A stretch of 63,966 bases of DNA from assembly GCA_003427395.1 (NCBI GenBank), contig BFEA01000037.1, positions 3,309,877 to 3,373,842 on the forward strand, given 5' to 3'. Position numbers and translations under genes: made by a program. Shown here one piece after another: positions 23,701 through 33,689 of this stretch (positions within the stretch are counted from its first letter, which is position 1; every line of letters begins with the position of its first letter). Origin of the DNA: Chara braunii (lineage: Eukaryota > Plantae > Charophyceae). The notes under the pieces are model-generated. The model made no database searches, was not told where the DNA came from, and was given only the letters and a program-made list of their open reading frames with translations.

Positions 23701-24919
23701 GTTCATGAGTCACCAGGGCTGTTTGGGAAAGCCTGGGTCGAACAGGGAGTTGTCAGGATTAAGGATATCTGGGATGAGGATAGGAGGACCTGGAACACAG
23801 AACAGCAACTTAGAAGGAAACTGGGTCAGCTGCAAAAGATAGGAGACTGACTGCACAGTTTGATCAATGCAATTCCGTGGTCGTGGAAACAGTTACTGGT
23901 TGAAAACCAGATTCCTAACGACAGGCTATGGTGCATTGATGAACAAACTTCATCTAAGGTAGTCTACCATGTAACAGATGACCTAGGCACAAAAGGCTTT
24001 GCAGCTAAAAAATGGGTTATGCCAGATGACTTCGGCTACTCGAAAGAGCTGTCCTTTTCATCCGCAGTTCGGTTGGAATCATTACAGGGTCTATCAGAGA
24101 TAGCTGTTAAAAGAACAGCGAAGAGAGCTCAGGCGGGAGGAACTCTGATCTACATTGTGAGTCTCCCTATGGGAACCATTAAGATTAGGGATGCTGGTGT
24201 AGACTTTAGAACGGTTGGCTGGATGTCAGGTAATAATTTTGTGTCACTGAATGAATATACCTCTAAAATAGGGAATGAAGTTCAATGAACAGCTGAGGTT
24301 CAAAGCCAAAAGCCCGCCGAGTCAAGCAATAATTAGGAGGAGACAAGAACACGATCTATTGGCCCTCTCCTCAATTCAGATTCAATCGATATGCCAGCAA
24401 CTTCGAAGTCTTCCATCTCAAAAACTGGCAAGCTTGTTATGGATACAGTTATTCTCGGCAACTGCCTCGGCTGTCAATCTGACTTCGAGAGGTATGCAGA
24501 TCTCTGAGAAATGTGTTCGTTGTCAATGGATATGGGAGAACAACCGACACCTTTGGCTAACTTGTCCAGCCTCAAGAAGGATATGGAACTGGTTCATCAA
24601 GCACTGGAAACAGGTTACTAAAAACCAGTTCGATTGGTCAGATGAGTGGATTGACAGGACAGAGGAAAAGAATTGGCTGTATGTGGCACAGATGATCAGA
24701 GGGGTTATTATGAAGCTGATATGGGATGACCGTAACAGCCAACTCTTTCGGAAGGAGTACATGTCGGACTCAGAGATCAAGATGAGGATTACCCAACATA
24801 TAAGACACATTATCTTCAGCGATTGGTTCAGACACTGCAGGAATTCACAGGGCACAGTCTCATCAAGAAAATGGTTTCTTGAAACATGGGGAAGGGATAC
24901 CTGGCTAAGTTGGACATGA
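20732..24919 (+). pseudogene. LINE-B ORF2: APE endonuclease, RT, C-terminal zinc finger (multiple stops/frameshifts)
   Basis: ATWNLRAL, CIQESK, GADWNT, RLDFI, SDH; WRPISLLNVSYK, LDMEKTYDRV, LRQGCPLAPLLF, LADD; CVRC...HLWLTCP. Confidence 0.93.
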
Positions 24920-25404
24920 AAGGCAGACTGCAACTTTGTCCCTGGCTTCTTTCACCTTTGGGTTTTGGGGAGCGAGTTAGCCACCCCCCATAGGTCAGAA
25001 GGGGGCCAGTAGTCAGGGGAACACCCTATATTCGAGAGATGACTAGAGCTAGGCTGTGCTGCAGAAGGAAATGCCTTACCTTTTTTTCATTTTTGAGAGT
25101 CATAAGTCAGGGGAACTTGGACCTGGTCTCCAAGAGTTAAGTCTGGGTAATGGTTCCAGGAACTATTCACCGGGTTGTTTGCGTTTTCCTGATAATATAA
25201 ATTGTTGTTTCTCTCAAAAAAAAAAAAAAAAAAAAAAAGAAACGAGGCAGGCGCCTGTTTCAACGGGCGCCACCTCAGTTTCTTTCCCACTTTTAGGGAA
25301 AACGGGCACAGATGCGTCTGGGCTTGGAATAGCGCCACATACAGATGCAGGTCCGTGATAGATTTTTTTTTTCCTTTTGTTCCTTTTCTCTTTTTGGTAC
25401 CTAT

Positions 25405-25610
25405 TGCTCGTGTCAGTTTGCACACCCATGAACTGTTGAAATAAATACAGGCCCAAGTTTGACTCCAGGTGCAATCAACGAACTTACCAGAGGCCGTTCA
25501 ACAACTCCACGTCGAGATTGAACACCCTATGGTAAGTTCATTGGTTGCATCGGGAGTCGAACCTTGGTCTGTATTTCAAGAGTCTATGGGTGTACGAACT
25601 GACACAAGCA
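25405..25610. repeat. Long imperfect inverted repeat (foldback/MITE-like hairpin, ~95-bp arms)
   Basis: Left arm GCTCGTGTCAGTTTGCACACCCAT...GAACTTACCA..GTTCAA is the near reverse complement of TTGAAC..TGGTAAGTTC...ATGGGTGTACGAACTGACACAAGC. Confidence 0.85.
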
Positions 25611-28198
25611 CAATCATCACGGTTCTGAGGGGAGGAAAACAAAAATGGGAAAAGCGAAAAAAAAAAAACAAAAAAAAAAACTGTTACAGTGACACGAGCT
25701 GCTAGCACTTGGAGAACGTATCTGACTCCACATACATCAAAGCCTGGATGAACAAGTTTTTTTCCTTCCTTTCTTAATAAAGAAGAGGCCCTTTCTGACA
25801 GCCCACCTCCTTGCCGTGAGAGGCGGCCAGGAATCCATTCTGTGCTCAGGCTAGCACTTTCCTGAATGTATCTGACCGCAATTACAGTCAGGGCTGGGGT
25901 GGGTTATGAGTGAAAAAGAGAAATCTACAGCCTCCTTTTTGTTCCATCTGCTGGCGGTAGGTCCAGCAAAGAAGGCAGTACCGGTACTGCCCTGAATTTT
26001 CCCAGTGGTTGTATGCACCGCTTGCAGGCTCGACAAATTTAAAATCTAGGCTCGTACATTTAGCCTCGGGTGTACTGGTGGTTTAACACCTGGCCGTACG
26101 ACCCCATACCTCATTCCTGCATCCAGATGCAAATGTTTCAGCCTTGGCACACCCAGCCACATGCAGGCGTTCCGTTTTCAATGCATCTCATCTTTCCATG
26201 CATCATTCCACTCATCTTTCCAGACAGTATAAGCCTGGGGGGGTTTGCTCTGGTAGTACGACGGTGTGGGGTACCTGGCCAGGTTGCTGGCTCGTTCAGG
26301 CTGCCATATCCTGCAGAGGGGAATTGTTTGGCTGAGGAGAAGGGAACAGATAAGTGATAGCCACATTTTTCCCAACGTTGCAGACTTGAACAGTGTTAGT
26401 GGTACACCTTGGCATGGAAAAGAGAGATTCGCAACCTCAATGGAGAGGGAACCATAGCCTTTGAGATGGACGGGAGCCGGTAGCCCCGTTGCGCAATAGT
26501 GGGACACCAAGCAGGATGAAGAAAGTGTGTAGTCATATAGGTGGCAGGTATCGTCCAACCAGAAAGAGACTATACTTGTGAGGGACCAAGGGATAAATTT
26601 TTTTCATCACGGTTCTTGAGGCATTGCTCATTCCGTTTTGGACACAACATACACACCATCGCTCTTGCGTTGCCCTCTTTACGTATTGTGCTATCTACAT
26701 GTGTGCTTGATGTCGACTTCAAAAAGTCGCAAGTAAAAAACTAAATTGCTTTCCAGTTGCAAGGTTGTACTTGTAACTTCATTGGCTACAAAGTAGCAGT
26801 GTAAAAGGAGATGATCTTTTTTTTTGTGAGAATTAGTTATGCACTGACCGTTCCTCTGCATCGAGTCGAGTCGCCATCTCTGCCTTCTCATCTTCCCATT
26901 CTTTCGCTGCAGCCCTTCTTTGCCTTTGTTCATTAGCAACTTCTTGCCTGCGCCAACCACGACCATCATGGCATCAAAATGAGGCATTATTTGCTGATCA
27001 ATGTTCATTGAACTTCATTCTATGACACAGTTCACTTTTCACTGATATATTTTCAGATCGTCAAGTTTGTCATATTTCCTTGTGACGTATTCACCAATCT
27101 GACATTCAAGTTCATTCGGATTCGTCAGTTCCTTGTTCTTTGATCTTGATAAATTAGCTAGGGTAGATGCAGAAAGGGTTATTGTGACTCGATGGTTGGA
27201 GCTGGTCCAGAAAGGATCTGATGATAGTGTTACTGAGGGAATTCAAGTCATCCATGTAGTGGAACATGTAATGAAGCACATCTAGGAAATTCCTAGAAAA
27301 CAGATGTTGTTCCGCTGCATCATAATAACCTAAAACAAAAATGTGAAAACATCTCTAGGATGTGTACTAGAAGCTCTAGGGTGACGGCCATTTCTTCAAA
27401 ATTCTCTAGGAACCATGCCAGGAGACGAGATTCTAGAACGAAGTCGTGCGGAGTGGCGAAGGCAACATCGAAACTCAACATGTGGTGGAGCCAGATTCGG
27501 TCAAACACACCTTTTTTCTTTTATCCTATCCCTTAAGGAGCATTGGCCGCGGGGGGGAGGTCGATGGTCCGCTGCACTCCAAAATCGGGCTGAAGTTTTG
27601 GTGCGGGCCGGCGGATGAAGGCGATCGAGGGCGGGGGGGCGTGCAGAGCAGTGCGCGTACCGAATTGTTCACAGCGCGCCAGCAAACGCGAGTGAGCGCC
27701 CACGGGGCAGGGCAGCGGCAGGCGTAGATGTGATGGAATATGTTGAAGCGGCCGTTGTCGATAAGCAGCTGGTGCGGACTTTTTTTCTTTTTCTTTTTCT
27801 TTTTAGTTTTGTTCCGTCTGTTTCAAGCCGTGCAGATATTCATTTTCCTTTTGTTCTTCGTTTGTCGTTTCGCGGTTTTCGCGTTGTCTGTTTTGCGGTT
27901 GCATCGTCTGTTTTGCGGTCGCGTGTTTTTTTGTTGTGTTTTTTCGTCATCACGGTTTTTGCGTCGTCTGTTTCACGGCCGCGCGTTTGTCGTTTCCCTC
28001 TTTTTTTTCTTTTTCTTTCGTGGCTTTTTGCCGTTTCNTNNTTTTTTTNTTTTTNTTTTTNTNNNTTTTCACGCGCTTNNNNTNTNNTTTTTTTTTTTTT
28101 TTTTTTTTTTTNTTGGCTTTTCGTCGTTTCCCACTTTTTTTTNTTTTTNTTTTGTGNCAAGATGGCAAAAGGCATCGGGGTGGTTCGGTGGGTGCAAG

Positions 28199-28234
<36 letters not shown>

Positions 28235-28269
28235 TATTAAGATTATAAAGTGCATTGTCAATGTTTGTC

Positions 28270-28456
28270 GTCAGGGTCGTCAGGGTTTGAAGTTTGAACC
28301 CACGCACAAATTTGAGATACGCAACTGCCTGATCTGATAACCACCCAGGCACGCACCCATGAAGTTCACTTCCAATGGTTGTCGTCAAGGTACGAACCCA
28401 AGCGCATATTTGAGATACGCAACTGCCTGATCTGATAACCACCCAGGCACGCACCC

Positions 28457-28497
<41 letters not shown>

Positions 28498-28603
28498 CAC
28501 ACAAATATTAAGATTATGAAGTTCACTGCTAGTGGTTGTCGTCAGGGTTTGAACCCACGCACAGATTTGAGATACCAACTGCCTGATCTGCTAACCATTC
28601 AGG
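28270..28603 (-). repeat. Three tRNA-derived (SINE-head-like) units among (CA)n tracts; duplicated at 30301-30634
   Basis: Minus strand reads GCCTGGGTGGTTA...GCGTGGGTTCAAAC / GGGTTCGTACC (A-box- and B-box-like); no intact cloverleaf. Confidence 0.5.
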
Positions 28604-28779
28604 TCAACTGGGTCCCTGTGTGTTTTTGGGGACTGCTTCTTTATGAAGTGTATCCGACCGCAGGCAGCTGGCAAGTCAGGATGTGCCTGTGTGTCCAAAC
28701 CCTAACGTTGCACAATGTGCCAAGCAGGTCCAATCCCGCAATTTTCAAGCGCCAACTCTGACGATTTTTCTCGCTCAGA

Positions 28780-29300
28780 CGAACCAAAGAAAAAATATGA
28801 AAAATTGAGATGTTGTAGATTAGGTTGTCAACTTTCCACGAAAAGTATCAAAAAAATGAAAAAAAAAAATAGACCGTGAAATAAATGCCGCGATGTTTCG
28901 TTGCATTTTTCATTTTTGCCATTCTGGCACGTGTTGGCCAACGGGAAAAATACCCCAACTTCAGTGATGTTTTCCGCTCAGAGGCATAACTCCACAACTA
29001 TGCAAATTGAGGGGCCTGTAGATTTGGTCGTGATCTTTCCACCAAAAATATATATATATTTTTTTTAAATACTTAAGATCGTGAAATAAATGTCGCGCCA
29101 AATCGTCTCATTTCCCATTCTTGCCACTTTACCATGTGTGGCCCAACGAGAAAACTACCCCCACTTCAACGATTTTTCATCCTGAAAGGAAAACGTCAAG
29201 AAATCTGAAAATGGGAGGGTATGTAGATTTCGTCGTGATCTTTCCAGGAAAAATGTTTAAGAAATTAGAAAAAATCATTTCAATTGCAAAAAAAATCACG
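28780..29300. repeat. Diverged ~200-bp subrepeats (duplicated at +2031)
   Basis: TGTAGATT...CTTTCCA at ~28815, 29017 and 29222; CGTGAAATAAATG occurs twice. Confidence 0.6.
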
Positions 29301-29601
29301 GCGGCAATTCGATGAATGTACATTTTTGTCGCTTGCCAGCTCTCCCCACTGTGCTACTGGGAGCCCTCATGAACCTGTGTTACTGGTCCCCCCGAATTTT
29401 GGACGGCGGGGGCAGTGGTGGTTTAACTATTTATTTAGGGGAAAAAAAATCTATGGGCACTTCTTAGGGGGTGCGGGTTTTGTATGTGGTGACGCATGAT
29501 ATAGATCCAAATCCGAAGTGTGGGGGCGAGGGGGCTGACCCGCAACTTTGAAAAGACACAACTACTCTACGACACACACACACACGTGACACGTGCGCAT
29601 A

Positions 29602-29653
<52 letters not shown>

Positions 29654-30066
29654 AGTTTTATGTCTGTCAGTCTTTCGTGTGTTGTTTGTCCTCCCCCCGA
29701 TCTTTTCTAAGTAATTTTTTTTGTGTGCCCAACTAAGCACCCTTAAGTAGTGCCAAACAGTCGGTGGTTCCTTGTTTGGAGTGCCTACTGCACTCTTATG
29801 AGGGTCGCTCGGTTCGGGATGTCTGTGTTGCCTGTCGGTGATGACGGATGTTCGTCGGAGTGACTCCCTGGCTCAGTGGGTGGTGGGAACCAATAGTCTG
29901 CAGAGTTCAATCGTGATGTGAGTAGGTCATGTGTTGCCTTGCTCCGTGTTGGATGTGTGGACGTCCTCGTCTGCGCTCCGCCGCTGCCCTGCTGCCTGTC
30001 CCGCTTGCTTCGCATGTGGTTCTTTGCAGGTTGNTTTTTCTTTTTCTTTCGTGGCTTTTTGCCGTT

Positions 30067-30100
<34 letters not shown>

Positions 30101-30106
30101 CACGCG

Positions 30107-30142
<36 letters not shown>

Positions 30143-30229
30143 CTTGGCTTTTCGTCGTTTCCCACTTTTTTTTGTTTTTCTTTTGTGGCAAGATGGCAAA
30201 AGGCATCGGGGTGGTTCGGTGGGTGCAAG

Positions 30230-30265
<36 letters not shown>

Positions 30266-30487
30266 TATTAAGATTATAAAGTGCATTGTCAATGTTTGTC
30301 GTCAGGGTCGTCAGGGTTTGAAGTTTGAACCCACGCACAAATTTGAGATACGCAACTGCCTGATCTGATAACCACCCAGGCACGCACCCATGAAGTTCAC
30401 TTCCAATGGTTGTCGTCAAGGTACGAACCCAAGCGCATATTTGAGATACGCAACTGCCTGATCTGATAACCACCCAGGCACGCACCC

Positions 30488-30528
<41 letters not shown>

Positions 30529-31632
30529 CACACAAATATTAAGATTATGAAGTTCACTGCTAGTGGTTGTCGTCAGGGTTTGAACCCACGCACAGATTTG
30601 AGATACCAACTGCCTGATCTGCTAACCATTCAGGTCAACTGGGTCCCTGTGTGTTTTTGGGGACTGCTTCTTTATGAAGTGTATCCGACCGCAGGCAGCT
30701 GGCAAGTCAGGATGTGCCTGTGTGTCCAAACCCTAACGTTGCACAATGTGCCAAGCAGGTCCAATCCCGCAATTTTCAAGCGCCAACTCTGACGATTTTT
30801 CTCGCTCAGACGAACCAAAGAAAAAATATGAAAAATTGAGATGTTGTAGATTAGGTTGTCAACTTTCCACGAAAAGTATCAAAAAAATGAAAAAAAAAAA
30901 TAGACCGTGAAATAAATGCCGCGATGTTTCGTTGCATTTTTCATTTTTGCCATTCTGGCACGTGTTGGCCAACGGGAAAAATACCCCAACTTCAGTGATG
31001 TTTTCCGCTCAGAGGCATAACTCCACAACTATGCAAATTGAGGGGCCTGTAGATTTGGTCGTGATCTTTCCACCAAAAATATATATATATTTTTTTTAAA
31101 TACTTAAGATCGTGAAATAAATGTCGCGCCAAATCGTCTCATTTCCCATTCTTGCCACTTTACCATGTGTGGCCCAACGAGAAAACTACCCCCACTTCAA
31201 CGATTTTTCATCCTGAAAGGAAAACGTCAAGAAATCTGAAAATGGGAGGGTATGTAGATTTCGTCGTGATCTTTCCAGGAAAAATGTTTAAGAAATTAGA
31301 AAAAATCATTTCAATTGCAAAAAAAATCACGGCGGCAATTCGATGAATGTACATTTTTGTCGCTTGCCAGCTCTCCCCACTGTGCTACTGGGAGCCCTCA
31401 TGAACCTGTGTTACTGGTCCCCCCGAATTTTGGACGGCGGGGGCAGTGGTGGTTTAACTATTTATTTAGGGGAAAAAAAATCTATGGGCACTTCTTAGGG
31501 GGTGCGGGTTTTGTATGTGGTGACGCATGATATAGATCCAAATCCGAAGTGTGGGGGCGAGGGGGCTGACCCGCAACTTTGAAAAGACACAACTACTCTA
31601 CGACACACACACACACGTGACACGTGCGCATA

Positions 31633-31680
<48 letters not shown>

Positions 31681-31684
<4 letters not shown>

Positions 31685-32981
31685 AGTTTTATGTCTGTCA
31701 GTCTTTCGTGTGTTGTTTGTCCTCCCCCCGATCTTTTCTAAGTAATTTTTTTTGTGTGCCCAACTAAGCACCCTTAAGTAGTGCCAAACAGTCGGTGGTT
31801 CCTTGTTTGGAGTGCCTACTGCACTCTTATGAGGGTCGCTCGGTTCGGGATGTCTGTGTTGCCTGTCGGTGATGACGGATGTTCGTCGGAGTGACTCCCT
31901 GGCTCAGTGGGTGGTGGGAACCAATAGTCTGCAGAGTTCAATCGTGATGTGAGTAGGTCATGTGTTGCCTTGCTCCGTGTTGGATGTGTGGACGTCCTCG
32001 TCTGCGCTCCGCCGCTGCCCTGCTGCCTGTCCCGCTTGCTTCGCATGTGGTTCTTTGCAGGTTGATGTGTTTTCGTTGTGCGGTGTGACCGTGTTGTTGG
32101 TGATGCCTTGCGCTTCGCTGCTTCGCTACCGTGCTACTCATCTGCTGGTCGTGCCTTCCGTGTTTGCTGCATGTGTGCCCTGTAGGTTGGTTGCCTTGTT
32201 GCTGGTGCCTTGTCCTCCGCTCCACCGTTGCTGAGCTGCTGGTCCGCTCGCCCTGTTGTCCCTTGCAGTGTGGTTGCCATGCGTGTGTTGCCTTGTGCTT
32301 CACTGCATGGTTGCCCCGCTGCGTGCCATGTCGTTCCTTGCAGTCGTTTTTGGCGTTGTGCAGCCGTGTTGCCTCTACTGTGTTGCCTGGTGCTCCACAG
32401 GGTTGCTGCCCGCTGCTATGTTCCGCTTGGGGATAGTCTGCCTTCAACAAGGGTCAAAGGGTTCATGGCCCAAACCATCAAATACAAAGATTCCGCAGAT
32501 TGTCGAGGGTTCAGCCTCCTGATGAGTCGGTGCAACTCCGATGAAACAATCTTTCATCATCTGTTTATTTTTTTCAGTCTTTGTTTTGTTTATACTTATA
32601 TTTTTTCGGGTGTTGTGTTTGCATTGTCGTCGTTTGTCTTGTTGTTGTTTCCCTCGCTGCCTTACGTTGTTTGCTTGCCCATCCGTCTACCCCATTTCTT
32701 TCACCCAGTGTGCTTTGTTGTGTTGTGCTGTTTGCCTTGTTGTTGTTTCCCTCGCTGCCTTACGCTGTTTGTCGGACAAAGGAGTGTACTCGGTGCAACC
32801 CCTGGGTAATTACTTTCGTACATCCGAAATAACCATTGTTCAAGGGTCTGCATCATCTAAGAAGGTGTTTTGTATTGTATAGTAATAACCATTGTTCAAG
32901 GGTCTGCATTATCTAAGAAGGCGTTCTGCATTGTATAGTTTGCTGCGTTGTTTTTGGCGTGGTGGCTTCCTGTTCTCGCAG

Positions 32982-32982
<1 letters not shown>
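31681..32982 (+). mobile_element. Non-coding hammerhead-bearing element (retrozyme / non-autonomous PLE-like) between (CA)n tracts
   Basis: Flanked on both sides by (CA)n; internal type III hammerhead; internal duplications including a ~55-bp tandem at 32828-32938; no credible ORF. Confidence 0.65.
32497..32552 (+). ncRNA. Type III hammerhead ribozyme
   Basis: AGATTGT-C-GAGG-gttcag-CCTC-CTGATGA-GTCGG-tgcaact-CCGAT-GAA-ACAATCT: all three stems and the core present; predicted cleavage after 32504. Confidence 0.92.
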
Positions 32983-33042
<60 letters not shown>

Positions 33043-33360
33043 GACACTCACCCACCCACCCACACACACATGTGACACTCACCCACCCACCCACACACGC
33101 ACACACACACACACACGGGGGCACACACACACATACACATACACACACATACGTGATACGCACACGCATACAAACACAAACACACATACACACATACACA
33201 CATATACACATACAAATACACATACACACTACGAAACACCCGTGGACTCGTCCGCGGGGCCGAGCTCGAAGGGCGGCCGCATATGTGGCCGCGTCCGCAA
33301 CCGGCCTCATCCACGCCGCGGACGTGATTTTATCGTAATTTTCCTGAATTAAATAATAGG

Positions 33361-33399
<39 letters not shown>

Positions 33400-33403
<4 letters not shown>

Positions 33404-33524
33404 GCCTCCTGATGAGTCGGTGAAACTCCGACGAAACAGTTTGTCACAGCGCCTCGTTTGTTGTCCTCTTCTCTCTCTCTGCCTACGGTTTTACNNNNNN
33501 NNNNNNNNNNNNNNNNNNNNNNNN

Positions 33525-33558
<34 letters not shown>

Positions 33559-33630
33559 ACAGCCCCTCGTTTGTTGTCCTCTTCTCCCTCTCTGCCTACG
33601 GTTTACCGGGCAGTTCTATTTGACGATATA
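33400..33630 (+). mobile_element. 5'-truncated hammerhead-containing fragments in partial tandem within (TA)n
   Basis: TCAGCCTC-CTGATGA-GTCGG-tgaaact-CCGAC-GAAAC at 33401-33437; TGTCACAGC..CTCGTTTGTTGTCCTCTTCTC repeats after a (TA)n tract at ~33555. Confidence 0.75.
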
Positions 33631-33689
33631 TATATATATATATATGGGGTTGTAGGGAATTTTAAGCCCTACCGCATATGCCCTCTTCC

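Larger units (their letters stand above)
18221..25237 (+). mobile_element. LINE-B: full-length L1/Tx1-type non-LTR retrotransposon
   Basis: 16-bp TSD AGAAACGAGGCAGGCG at 18205-18220 and 25238-25253; poly(A) at 25216-25238; GC-rich 5' UTR, ORF1 and ORF2. Confidence 0.95.
28003..32064. repeat. Near-exact 2031-bp tandem duplication (probable assembly artefact)
   Basis: ORFs and microsatellites recur at offset 2031; a single N at 30034 marks the junction. Confidence 0.9.

Noticed and set aside
25900-27300. Host gene or decayed pol in the unique-looking region
   Set aside because: Only short ORFs with no recognisable motif; cannot be supported without a search.
27730-33352. ORFs rich in HT, CV, poly-F or poly-K
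   Set aside because: Products of (CA)n and poly(T) tracts.
33401-33450. Complete type I hammerhead using the GTC at ~33443-33445
   Set aside because: The sequence after GTC (ACAG) cannot pair with CCTC to form stem I; it is a truncated type III copy.
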